The notes below the pieces were generated by a model. It had not been told where the DNA came from and did not search any database. It worked only from the letters and a program-made list of their open reading frames with translations. A DNA stretch of 64,000 nucleotides, taken from the human T2T-CHM13v2.0 reference genome, Homo sapiens. The position numbers and the translations under genes were made by a program. Where the stretch lies: assembly GCF_009914755.1 (NCBI RefSeq), contig NC_060934.1. One strand, written 5' to 3'. Shown here one piece after another: positions 49,286-64,000 of the stretch. The number at the start of each line of letters is the position of its first letter. The first letter of the stretch is position 1.

Positions 49286-50421
49286 ACAGAAGATCTAGGA
49301 AAAGTCTTATTACCTTATTACCTATGGATTCACTGCACATATGGTACTAGGAAAAAAATACCACTGGGAGGTATTATATATACTTCCCCAGACCAATGTT
49401 ATATTTCTGAGAGATGCATCAAATATAGTCTTCTGTGTGTGTTAGGGGTGGGAGTGAGTGAAGGGTCCAGATAAAATATAAATGACTTGATAATTGTTGA
49501 AAAAGAAATAAGGTACATAGGAGTTTGTCATATTATCTTATTTTTGGATAAGTTTGAAATATTCCATAATCAAAATATTAAAACAAACAGAAGGAAAACA
49601 AAACTCTTGGGATGTTGGTCCCCAGGACTGTGGGAGAGGCAAAAAGATCACATAAATTTGGTTTTTCTTGTATGCATACATTCCTTGTATTTTTGTCTAG
49701 AAATATCTTATCCTCATTCTTGCCTGTATTTCTGCCAGAACACGTTGCTGCGTATGTGCTTTTTAAGCATCTCTAAGAATATACTTGGCAGTCATATTTC
49801 CCCTTAGAGAAGTGGGAGGCAGAGGGCACAGAGGAATCTTGATTCCCCAAGGAAAAAATTTTCTCCTTGGTTATTAACATGAGAGCTGCCCCAGGTTGCT
49901 GAGAGATTACAAATCACATCTCTGTTTTTGGGGGCCCTTGAGGGAAAGGAGGCCAGGGAAACAAACTCACTGGGAATGATGTGTGGCATCCATGGAAGCC
50001 ATCTGGAGATACACTCGTAAAAAACGCGGTGTTGAAAAGAATATGGCAGCAGCTTCTGCTCTTCTTCTGGAATTGGCTTCCAACCTTCTTCATTTAACCT
50101 CCTTTAGCCCAAAGTGCACCATAGGCTGAGAATTCCAAAGGCCTTGTTTTGACATGAGGCATTAATCAATGTTATGATACAGTTTCTGCATAATGGGATG
50201 CTTTCATGTCAATCAACCACTGACTCAGACTTCTACGACTACGAACAATCCAATATGTCTACATTCGTGTGGTTCATAGTTTGTTTGATGTCTGTCTTCA
50301 CTGAGAAAAATTATGACAAAAAATTTTACTCCTCCTCCCCTTTTTTAAGGGATTTGGACAAGAACTTAAAGAAGACATACAAAAATGAGGCTGAACAAGT
50401 CTTGGTCCCAGCAAGTAATGG

Positions 50422-50625
50422 TGTATTAATTATCTACTTCTGCATAACAAATATCACCAAAGTAGCAACTTAAAACATTTGTTATTTTCTCACAGGGGCT
50501 ATGGTCATCACTGGATCACCTGAGGGAGGTTTCCCTTCCAAGTTCTCACATGGCTGTTGTTAACATTGAATTCCTCATAGGCTGTTAGACTGAGAACCTC
50601 AGTTCTTCACTGGCAAGCCTACTCT
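50422..50625 (-). mobile_element. MaLR LTR 3' fragment (MLT1E/F-like)
   Basis: tgtattaattatctacttctgcataacaaatatcaccaaagtagcaacttaaaaca...ttctcacatggctgttg...gactgagaacctcagttc. Confidence 0.75.
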
Positions 50626-50844
50626 AGATTGCTATAATAAGCCAGGTGATTGGTTTCATTAATTATTATTTTTGTCTTTTCTTCTTGATAGGGTGAAAAC
50701 CACAAGTTTACTGTAAAATTCAACTTACGATATTTCTACTTGGGAAACCTGCACACCCCAGCCTCAAAATGCCTCAGTGCTACACTGATTTGAGTTGCCT
50801 GGCCAACCTCTACTGATCCATCAGATCTCAACTTAAAAGGCCTT

Positions 50845-53393
<2,549 letters not shown>

Positions 53394-53640
53394 TAAATGC
53401 CTTTCTTGTGAGGATATTTTTGCCTCCCTGAACTAGGTTAGTGTCCCTGTGGTTCAATCTTGTATTACCTTTACCTTGAAAAGACACTGATCCACTATAA
53501 TTGATCATTATTTAAGGTATCTACATCTGCAAAATTGCAAGCTAAATATCAGGAGGACCGTGTCTGTTTTGCTTTCGCTTATATTCTCATAGTGAAGTAA
53601 AGTGTGAGCATACAATACACATTTTTTTAATTGCTTACTT
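53394..53640 (+). mobile_element. L2 3' end (host of the L1PA8; its 5' part lies at about 50750-50844)
   Basis: tcagatctcaacttaaa|...|tgcctttcttgtgagg...aaattgcaagctaaatatcaggaggaccgtgtctgttttg. Confidence 0.6.
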
Positions 53641-54319
53641 GACAACTATTAGCACATATTGAGCACTTCCTATGTTCCAGGTAGAGTAGAGAAGGCTTAA
53701 GTTCCTTTCTGACTGTTATTGTCTATAAGGGAAAATTTTGTTAGGTTTGTACCACTTTGATGAGCTTAAGTATTTGCACATCCAAATGATGAAAAACAAA
53801 CATTGCCAAAAAGGTACAGTCTATCCAAAAGAACTACAAAAGATGTTACAATTTCCAGTCTTTGTTTCCTAAACCCAGCACCATTGGTAGTCTGGTTCAT
53901 GGACCTCTCTTCTGTACTGTTGAACAAATATAACCACTTTGGCCCCAGGAGCTGCTAAGTCTGGATGGGTATAGGAAGCACTGGGCCTCTACCCGACTAG
54001 AGTGGGGAAGGAATAAATTAAGTGGTGGTTTTATAGCCCTGTTAGGACTCTGTCTTGCCTACCTGTGGAGTGTCCTTAACAAAGAAGAGAGGATGCCTTG
54101 AGAAGAAGACCAGTCTCCTTGGGCTTCCTTAACCCTGGTTTATGGCCCATGGTCAGAACATCAACCTGGTATTTTATTTTAGAAGCATGATAGAGGTGAA
54201 GCCTCTGGGTGGTAGAAAGACACAGCTAACATCTTCTCTTCCCAGGACTTCCTGTTTATGTGTATCTATGAAAATAAGCATCAAACATGAAATTGGAGTA
54301 TGTGAATTTTAATCTTCCT

Positions 54320-54435
54320 GCTGCTCTCTAACTGGCTGACTTAGATAAAGTAACCTTTCCTTTCTGAATCTCAGATTTTTCATCTCCCAGATAAAAAACT
54401 TGGGCTGGACAATTGTACATCCTCTTGTAGTTCGG
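54320..54435 (+). mobile_element. MIR fragment
   Basis: ctaactggctgacttagataagtaacctttcctttctgaatctcagattttcatctcccag. Confidence 0.65.
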
Positions 54436-55520
54436 GTGATATAATTTCCTTTAATCCATGACATAAATGATTCCTGCTGTCTCCACCGCCTCCTCATCAT
54501 GATGTACCCTTCTGAATACTTTCCAGTATTTGGCAGTCACATTCCAGCCAGAGCACATCAAGGCAGAATAATCTTCTAGCACAGAAGGTGGTGTTCATAT
54601 ATACCATCTGAGCACCAGGAAGCCTCTGGTAGCTTTTATAGCACAAGGGAATGATTTATCCACACTCTTTCCCTGGATCCTATATTGGGACACCAGCACT
54701 CACTTCTGTTGAGTCTGTTTCTCCAGAATCACACACTTTCTATCCTGGAATCCAGAAATAATGGAACACGGACAACTCCTCCTTTCATAAAGTAGATGCT
54801 CAGTAAATGCTTATATATGAATTTTAATAAAATAATATAGGATGAGTGGTAGAGGAATAAAGTTCCATTCACTGTCTCCCCTTCCCTCCTTGGCTCTGTG
54901 AGAACATTCCTAATCATGCTGTTATGATTTGAAAGAAGCAAGGTCTCCAGAGTTGTAGAATGATACCTTGCACCGGAATGCTTTGATAACAGATTTTAGT
55001 TTCAGCAAACTAAAAATGAGTATATGGATGTTTTACTAATAAAAATTAAACATAAAACTACTATGTACTTTTTGTGTTTTCTAAATTGGCAACCTAAAGA
55101 TATAAGGCTCAAGAATGCAGAGCTGAAACTTTCTCATATTCCCTTGTCTCCCTGTTCTGTCTTCTGCCTCCCTGTTCTGTCTTTATTCTCTCACTTTTAA
55201 AAAGAGAATAAAGCCCTCGACCCGTTGCTTTTTCCTTACTTCCAAAAACTATCAAAGACTGATAAAAATGCTAGGGAAGGAATATCTGCATTTTACTGTA
55301 GAATTCTCCTTCCTCAGAACCTCTAAGCCTTTCCTCCATACCTTTCTGAAGATGCAAAAAGTCACACTGTGGCATCGCGTCGCCCATGCCCTGTTGGAGA
55401 GGAGAGGAAATCAAATCCATGCCTTAGAGTTGCACCAACCTTTTCCAAAATGTACTTTTCCTGATTTTTAGAAAAAGAGAACCTTGAATTGCATGCATAT
55501 TGTATAGAGAAAATGCTGTC

Positions 55521-55911
<391 letters not shown>

Positions 55912-56089
55912 TGATTACCATAGACTAAAGGTTTGGTGTGAGGATTCCAGTCTAGAAGGTCCCTATATTCCTTAAGACCATCTGTCCTCCTAGAGGAGAA
56001 CAGCAGGGCCTGAGTTTTGATGGTGGCCCCTCAACAGAGACATGCAGCATGTTCAATGGCTGGGAGAAACATTGTCCTCTTCTCTAGGT

Positions 56090-56520
56090 GGCAGCTGCTC
56101 TAATGGAAAGAACACTGGATTGAATCTAACCAAACCAGCCATTCAACTTGCAAAAGTTGTGCAAAGGGAAACAAGAGTGCATGCTTATCTTAATTGAATG
56201 TTGAGTGTTGTGAGGATGAATTTGCATGATGTGAATGTGCTTTATAAATTATGCATGGGAAGATAAATGGGGGTGTTTTAATTGCTTTCAATTTATATGA
56301 TTATCAGCACTGAGAACTGACTATATGTCAGGTACTGTGGTATTCACTACATATATCTAAACCCACTTACTCTTCCCTGAAACATTGGGAGACACGTATT
56401 ATGATGCTAATGCTACAAAGGGAGGCAGGAGGACTGAAGCCCACAAAAGTTAAGTAACTTCACCACTATTCTATGTTGTCACATAGAAATTCTGCAGCTC
56501 ACACTCAACTCTCTGCCCCC
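56090..56520. mobile_element. MIR fragments (plus about 56090-56260; minus about 56295-56520)
   Basis: aatggaaagaacactggattgaatc...ttgtgaggatgaatt; ctgagaactgactatatgtcaggtactgtg...ggactgaagcccacaaaagttaagtaactt. Confidence 0.6.
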
Positions 56521-57396
56521 ATACTTTAAATTGCAACAGCAATTCATCTCTTTTCCTTGTTTTCTTCTGTCTTCCATGTAATGCACATAGGACAAGGAAA
56601 AACCTTTGACACAGATCTTAACTTTCAGTAAAGTTTTAACTAATACCCCTACCATATCATGCAGATTGACTGCCAATGTGTCTCTCTTGGGTCTCAGCTG
56701 ACAATACACTCTGCCTGCCCTGTGAGATGGAAATTCAGGACTAGGAGTCACGAAGGGAACAATGTGTTGAGCCAAAAGGTGACATTTTATGTGGTCCCTT
56801 TGTGGGTTGTAACTACATTCCCTTTAATGCCCTTTTATTTCTCACTCTCAGAGGTGGGGGAGCAAGAAGGGAATTAATTATAGCGAGCCACTATTCCTGC
56901 CTGCTGACAGAATGTTGCTCATAAACTATGGGCTGGGAATAGACGTCCCTATAAAAGCATAAAATGAGAGGCCACTCCTCCCATAGAAATGACTAAGGAT
57001 GGGCAAGTCTCTACTTTTGTTGAGAAATACTCAGACTACTGAAAGGGTGCTTTATTTCTCAATCTGTGGCCACAGTTCTTGAAATGACAAGGTCATCAGA
57101 TGTTCTAAAATACCTGCTCAGTTGCATATATGGACCCATATTGTATACATGCCAGGTATAAATACTACATATGTGTGTACACAGACATATGCATTCACAC
57201 ACACACACACCCCTGAAACTCAAGAAGGAACGAATCAGGACTTATATTGCTGGCCCTGAGTCTGACAGACTATTCTTCAAATTCCAAGTCCATTATAAGT
57301 TAACCACATTCTTTGTAAAACTTGTACATTAATAGCTTTAGAAAAATACAATAGAAATAGATATGTATGTAAAAAGTGACATGTTTATAGTGTGTT

Positions 57397-57502
57397 CTTT
57401 TTTCAGCTTTATTGAAGTATAATTGACAAAAATTGTATATATTTAAGATGTACAACTTGATTTTTTATACATGTATACATGTGAAATTATCAACACATTC
57501 AT
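57397..57502 (-). mobile_element. L1MA 3' terminal fragment
   Basis: tttttcagctttattgaagtataattgacaaaaattgtatatatttaagatgtacaacttga...tatacatgtatacatgtgaaat. Confidence 0.8.
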
Positions 57503-59341
57503 ATCACCATGATTCTAATCTCACTCTTTCTCTTTGTAATAAATAAGCAATTTGGGGAACGTAATTCAAAATTATGTAAAAATCCAGTAAAGATTTAAAA
57601 GCCCTAAAAGACACTTTTGAACATAAAGCGATGAACATGGGGTATAACTTTTAAAATCTCTTCATGTGAATATAATATACAGCCACTCTGAGAACTATTA
57701 TCCCAGATGTACTGACTTGGGAAAATGTCTGTGCAAGAAAAGGAATTGTATGCAGACTATAATTGCATCACCAAAAAAAAAAAAAAAAAGAATGAAAACA
57801 TGTGCCAATCTAGTAATGCATATAAACAAACATTTTAAAACTCTGAATTATAGGAATTTGATAATGCTGGGTATTTATAAACAGATAAGTGTTTATTGCA
57901 TTCTTCCCTATTTTTTCTTGTATGCTTATATTACTTAATAATGATATTTTAAATAATATTTAAAATCTATATAAGTAAAATCTTAACACACTGGATATCT
58001 CCCAGTAGTAAAAATAGAAAATAATGATCATTTTTAAAATTTTCACACTTGTGTATTATTTCAATTTATTTCAAAATGTGAGTACTCTTCTTGGAAAATG
58101 TTGAATGCTGAACGTAATACAGTTTTTTAAAAAAACTGATAATGAAATTAAGTCTCATGCAGTTAGCTTATTAGCTTTCAGTCAATATGCTATTGCCCAT
58201 TCCTACCTGGCTGCCTCATGCTAAAGTGACCCCTATGGGTCTTCTTAGTTTTTTAAGCTTCTCTTAGTTGATTTTAATACAATATCTCATAGTTGTGAGG
58301 CTTAGGAAAGAAAGCATACAGGTAGTGGGACGAATGTGTATCTCCTAGATGTAAAAGGAGTCTCCCACTGCTCCAGTATGAGACCTGCTTTAGGGAACAT
58401 CAGTGCTCCAATGCTTTATCATTGTTCATACCACATGCAAAGAAATACAGGAAGAATTCTTTAAACCTAGTCAATGAGAAGATGTAATAGGAGAGCTGAG
58501 TCCCAGGACAGATATCTGAAACATATCTCAAGAGTCTTCATTATGCTACCTAGAGGGAAAAAGGAGACTATATAGTAAATAAATACATTCAAATTTTATC
58601 AAAATGATTTCCAGATCTCAAAGAAATAGCAAAAACAATATATTTAAATTGGTTAAAAAATGAGCAAGATTGTGGGATACTGGTACACTCAAATGTTGGC
58701 AGTGAAGTAAATTGTTTCTATAATTCGAAAGGAGAGTCTGACCAGGTTACAAGAGCCATAAAAATAGCTTTGACCTAGTCATCTACTGCTGGGAATTTTC
58801 ATAAATAAAAATTAACATTAAAGCAAACAAAAAAAAGTCTAACATCTAGAAGTTGCTCAAATGCCATAGGAGTTTGTAAGGTAAATTTCAGTGTGTCGGC
58901 TCAATAGACCATTGTGTAACTGTAATAATTAAACTCTCTGAAGCACCATGATTATTTTTGGGGAAGTTGATATGAAATCATCGGGGCAGAAAAAAGCTCT
59001 TAGAGAAAGATCTTCATGGTTTAGGATACTCAGTATCAATTTTGGAGATTCCCTATTCATATCCTAAGACCTGAAATCTCAACTGCTCTTTCAGACCATG
59101 CTAGAACCCAGGCTTGGTTCTCATGCTTGCCTCTCCAAGGCATGCTCTTCACCAGCTTATTATCAGACTGAATTTCTGAGAAATCAGCAGATATATTCTT
59201 GCTGTCTTTCCAGGAGTCTAATAGGACTTTTGTAATCTTCCATGTTCCTGATCTGGAGAAATTCAGATAATCTAGAGCATAAATTGTTTTTAGAAGAGCT
59301 AGGCCCTGCCAATCCCAGCCATTCTTCTCCACCTGCCTTCC

Positions 59342-59899
59342 TGTTTGACAAAATCACTAATAGATAAAATAAGTGTCAAAGAATGCATTAGATAGAGCCA
59401 AGTCGCAAGGAAAACTCTACTGAAGGCAATTGCAATAGGCTAGAGAGATTGAAAACTTTCTGTTAAAATGAAAGGCAGGAAAGATTTTGGGGGCTGGGGT
59501 GAGCTAGTGGAAAACTACTAGAAGGCACTGGGGAGAAGTTTGTCTGATGCAATTAGACTTTCTCTGTTTGCTAATTTCTGCTTATTAAAGTTAGGTTCTT
59601 ACTCTCCAACAAAGACTGGGAGATAGGGATTCTGTCTTTTCTTGATGAATATATTTTAAAGGGATAGCCTCCAGGTCCTTGAGAACAACATTCTTGGATT
59701 GTATGACTAGCAAAAGCCTGAAAGAAGAATTAACAACTCAAAGGGGAAGAGAAAGAATTTACAATTGCAAATTTTCTAAGGTAGTCCAAGAAAAGGGAGG
59801 TCAGGGGCTCATAATCAGGATGATTATGCAGAAAATAATGAGGGAAAAACATGTCTAAAATTTCATCAAGCTAAAAGAATGTTGAGCCAATCCTGGTCA
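59342..59899 (-). mobile_element. ERV1 solo LTR (MER67-like)
   Basis: Minus strand begins tgaccaggattggctcaacattcttttagcttgatgaaattttagac...cccctgacctcccttttcttgg...gaaaatttgcaattgtaaattctttctc. Confidence 0.8.
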
Positions 59900-60059
59900 G
59901 GAGAAAACAACCATGAGAGGGCAGCTGGCTGATATCACGCTGGTCTGGGAACCAGAAAAGAGTCCCATCTTCTTAGACGGCCTTGTATTCATAATGGTAC
60001 CATGAATGACATCGATTTAATATTTTATCTTAATGTCTGGCCAACTTCTTACCAATTAC

Positions 60060-60435
60060 ATCTGTCACAGGTCATGTGGAAGCAGTCTGGGAACCTGACA
60101 ATTTTCTGGGGAGATTTCTCAGAATCAAGTCCTGTAAGGGAAGTAAGAAAAGGAGAAGTAGAGAGGCACTGCAACCTCAAAGTCTCAATCGATCAGACAG
60201 GGGAGTTTTGGAGCTAGTAAGGCCCTGTAAGATTGCATCTTATTAGGAATTAGGTGCCTAGGCCTTTATATGGAAAGCATAATGGAGTTAGGTGAGGCCA
60301 ATCTACAGCCAAGGACAATCGCAAGAGGGAGAAACTCAACTGAAAGATATTAGTTGCTACGCCTTCTAGCAACTGACAGAATGAGTACCTTGGACCTAAA
60401 ATGGAAGAATCTGGATTCCATATCACAGTAACCTA
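60060..60435 (-). mobile_element. ERVL LTR (LTR16-like), diverged
   Basis: aagtcctgtaagggaagtaagaaaaggag...cagggagttttggagctag...ggcctttata...ggtgaggccaatctacagccaaggacaatc. Confidence 0.55.
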
Positions 60436-60439
60436 TGTC

Positions 60440-60980
60440 TCAGCTCAAATACCCCTTCTTAAAAGAACTCTCTCTGATTATCCAATTTAAAACATCCCAT
60501 TCAGACTCTTTTATCATAATTATAAATTATGCTTTATAATTTTTATACTCATCATCTGAAATATTTTTATAAATGTTTCCTTTAGAATGTAATCTCCATA
60601 TAGACAGAGACCTTGCCTAACTTAATCATTTCTGTATTCCCAACACTTAGCAAGGCTCATGACTTGTAGTAAACAATAATATTTGCTAAATGAATAAATG
60701 TATTAAATATTTTCCATGCATTAACAATTAGGAACCTCTGTGAGAGATTTTTGACCCTGTCTTATTGGAAGCTTATCTCTGAAAAGCTCTGGTTTTGAGT
60801 AAGTCCATCTTCTGAAGATTGTCTCCTTTACAGCTTTCTATGGATCATTCCTATTCATTGGGGAACAAAGTTTTATTTTATTTTTTTCACTGTAGCACTT
60901 ACAACAATTCCTGGCATTTAGTTAATGCTCTGTAAAGATTTGATGAATAGATAAATGAATGAATGAATGAATGAATGAGA
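60440..60980 (+). mobile_element. L2 3' fragments ending in (AATG)n tails
   Basis: tagaatgtaatctccatatagacagagaccttgcc...atttgctaaatgaataaatg; tgaatgaatgaatgaatgaatga at about 60956-60978. Confidence 0.75.
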
Positions 60981-63099
60981 TAATAAATTAATCAGCCTTA
61001 GCTCTGCCCATTGAAGCTGTAGGAAATAAGTCTGAAACTCTTTTACATAACAGGCAGGTTTTCCCCGAAGCTCCTGGCCAGTTCCTACTTCTCTCCCTAC
61101 AAGACATATATCTAAGGTATCTATTCATTCTTTGGAAAAATTGCTTCCAAATTATTTCAGCATTCTCTCTTCTCTGTGTTAAAATCAAGGTGCTCTGGTG
61201 GCATACTCAGGTTTTATGGATTTATTTTTTTCCTCCACTACTAAGATAGAAGATTCTTTGGAGCAGACGCTGTGCCATATTCACTCTAATTCCCACTCTA
61301 CCTAGTGCAGCATTTCCCAACAGCAGGTGCTCAGTAAATATTTGCAAATAAAGTTTTAGCCACTTTCAAGATTGCAAATTGAAAAAGTAAGTCTAACTTA
61401 GCTGATTGGTTAAGTTGTCATGACCAAACCTTTCTTCTCCCAGGGTCTAATTAAGGTTTCTGAAAATTATACTAATTCTCAGGAGACACGATGCCTTAAA
61501 TTCTAATAGTAAGCACTTTTTTATAAGGTGATTTATTTTTGCCCACAGATCTTTTAATTTGTATAGTAAGTAATAAGATCTATAAGAGAAAATCAGAAGA
61601 ATCAATAGATAAAGTTAAAGAATGTGGGGGAAAAAGCATGAATTTGTTGTAAATAAAGTGTAAATAAAAACAACATAGACTGGAGAAAGTTAAAATCTAC
61701 AGCTTAATTACTAATACTCTGCTTATTTAATGCAAATGGCCTCATTCCAACAACTCTAAAAATAATTTGAACAATGTATTACTCCATAAAAAAATCTACC
61801 ATTGACCAGCTGTGCATGTCCCCACAATTACCACTAAAAATTTTTGTTCTAGGCCTTGTTTATGCATTTATTTACCCTATATATCAGAAACTGTTTATTG
61901 CCAGTCATTCAGTCATAGACGAGACAAACATATCTCTGAATTCTTGGAATTTCATTCTCACATAGTAGACATTAAACACAAAATTACACAATCAACTAAA
62001 TACAATGGTAATGGATGTTTCTTGTTAACTTCAGGCATATATTGTCTTGGAAGAGTATCAGTCTGTCATTTATTGAATACCCACTGTATGGGCAGTATTT
62101 TGAATAATGGCTTATTAATTTCATGCAACCCTAGCAAGTGACTATTAGCTTTTTCATTTTATAGCTGAACATACTGATCATCAGAGTGTAATGAATAATA
62201 TTGATAATATCATATAAGATGTATTGATAAGATAGACCCCTATCTACACTATTTTATTTATCTTCAATGGACACCCATGAGAATGACGAAGCTCAGAGAA
62301 GTCAAAGGGCTTTTTCAAGATTATCTAACCAGCACTTAGAAAAGGAAAAATTTAATTACTGTCAGACCCTTGTTCTGAACCCCAAGCTGTGCTAAAGACA
62401 GTTGAGCAAACTGAGGATTAGAGAGGTAGGATCACAGGCCCAGGATCATATACATAAAAGATGTAAACCCAGCATGCTTGACTCCAAAGTACATGCTCTT
62501 ATTATTAAACATGAAGGATTAATTTCACTAATGTTGTAAATTGGGGCCTGAGGGTATTTTGATTTAGGCCAGTAATATACCTTCACTTTCCAAAACAGAG
62601 CTAGCCTTGGCCCTCAGGCATGGGAGAAAATGGACATCACTGCATCCTGCTCAGTCACTGCTACTCGCCAGGATAAATTCCCCTCTCTTTTCCGCTGGTA
62701 TTTCTGCCTCCCTTCTTTCCAGTTTCTCTTTAAAACTCCTTACCTCCATTGAGCCTTCACTCTCATTATATCCCAAAGCTGCTGAGCTCTCCCTACTCTG
62801 CATCCTCCGAGCATTTACAAACTCCATGGGCACTGCATAAAGCTGCATCTATTTATGTGCTGCTCTGAGAATGTTCTTAAGTCATTTTCATGAGTGTGTG
62901 CTCTTTCATCTCAATTCAGCTTTACGTTCCTGCAAGGCAGGAATAGAGGCCTTTATGGTTTTTGCAGTGGCTTCCACAGAGCCTGATTCAATTCTTTCTC
63001 ATTAGGGTTAACTAAATCAAGCCACCCTCCTCACTCCCTTGAACATACTGATGCAAACTGCATGGTGAAGAACAGAGGACAGGGAAATCAGAAGAGAAA

Positions 63100-63830
63100 G
63101 TGGGCATTTCAGAGCTGTTATTGTGGGGACAAAACAAGTATTTTCAGACAGAACACAAGATAGAAAATGTGGCATCAATTGGGAGGAGTCAGACATAGCC
63201 TCAGAGGAATATATGGTAGTGAGATAATCCTTCCATTTGAAGGGTAGAGGACATACCAGGGTAGATATGGTGAAGATAGCATCTGTGTTGAACTGTAAAG
63301 GATGGTAATAATTGGGAATTTACAAAGGGGTGGACATTGAGATAGATGGAACAAAAGAAACAATGGTCTTCTTAGAGTAATTGTGGTCAGACATGAGAAA
63401 GAAGGTAATGGTCTGTATAGCTGAGCTATTGGGTGCAGCAATATATGCAGAGGAGAAATAATCTTTGAAAAGGAAATAGAGTCTCAATAGAGGAGAGCTT
63501 GAATAGCAGGAGTTTAAAATCTAATCTCTGTAGACAATGGGGAACCATAGGAGTTCTTAGTGTCAAAGAGTGACATAAGCAGTGCTTTGCTATCAATAAT
63601 AGATTTTGGGGGGCATATGCAGGCAAGGAAACTAGTTAGGAAATTATTCTAGTAGAACAGAAAGAAGGAACAAAGGTATAAACTGAGGTAAGAGTGGTGT
63701 GGAGGGAAAGGAGAGGATTTGTGGGGGCTCCACAGAGGACAAACGCACAGGACTAATCACAGATTCTTACATGGGGGCCGGGAAGAGGGAAGAATAAATC
63801 CAGGACTGAAATCTCTCATCTGGTGAATGA
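63100..63830 (-). mobile_element. L2 LINE fragment
   Basis: aggagtttaaaatctaatctctgtagacaatggggaaccataggagttcttag...gcaaggaaactagttaggaaattattctagtagaacagaaag. Confidence 0.7.
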
Positions 63831-63839
63831 GAATAGTGA

Positions 63840-64000
63840 TAACTAATATTTTGTGGGTGCTCACTCTGTCACAGGCACTGTGCCAAGCATAGAGTACCTG
63901 TCTTAGCTCACAATCTTTGTAACAACTGCTTTAAAGTTGTTAGAAACTACAAAGGTACATACTTCAATAAACCTCATTTTATAGTTATAGTAACCAAGGC
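63840..64000 (-). mobile_element. MIR fragment running off the window end
   Basis: gggtgctcactctgtcacaggcactgtgccaagca...cctcattttatagttatagtaaccaaggc. Confidence 0.7.

Overview
This is AT-rich hominid genomic DNA, human or great ape: it carries an SVA alongside Alu and L1PA elements. It has no recognisable intact protein-coding gene, RNA gene or CpG island, so it reads as intergenic or deep-intronic sequence. Most of it is transposon-derived: a 5'-truncated SVA_D-like element, four Alus, and a twin-primed L1PA8-like element. It also holds old L1MA/MB/MC/MD/ME, L2 and MIR fragments, MaLR and ERV1/ERVL LTRs, DNA-transposon relics (MADE1, MER5A, MER102, MER117) and microsatellites. All listed ORFs are chance or repeat-derived; the L1 ORF2 pieces are pseudogenic. 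I cannot support a new multi-gene system here. The best candidate for undescribed function is an ancient ~298-bp tandem duplication at 14.5-15.1 kb. In it, only islands of TCF/LEF-, Forkhead- and POU/CEBP-like motifs stay near-identical, suggesting a duplicated enhancer module. Other points worth checking: an SVA with no target-site duplication, three LTRs nested in one L1MC1, a chimeric AluS/AluY, a cluster of five U1-type donor sites and a few candidate exons. Repeat subfamily names come from recalled consensus sequences and need RepeatMasker/Dfam confirmation.
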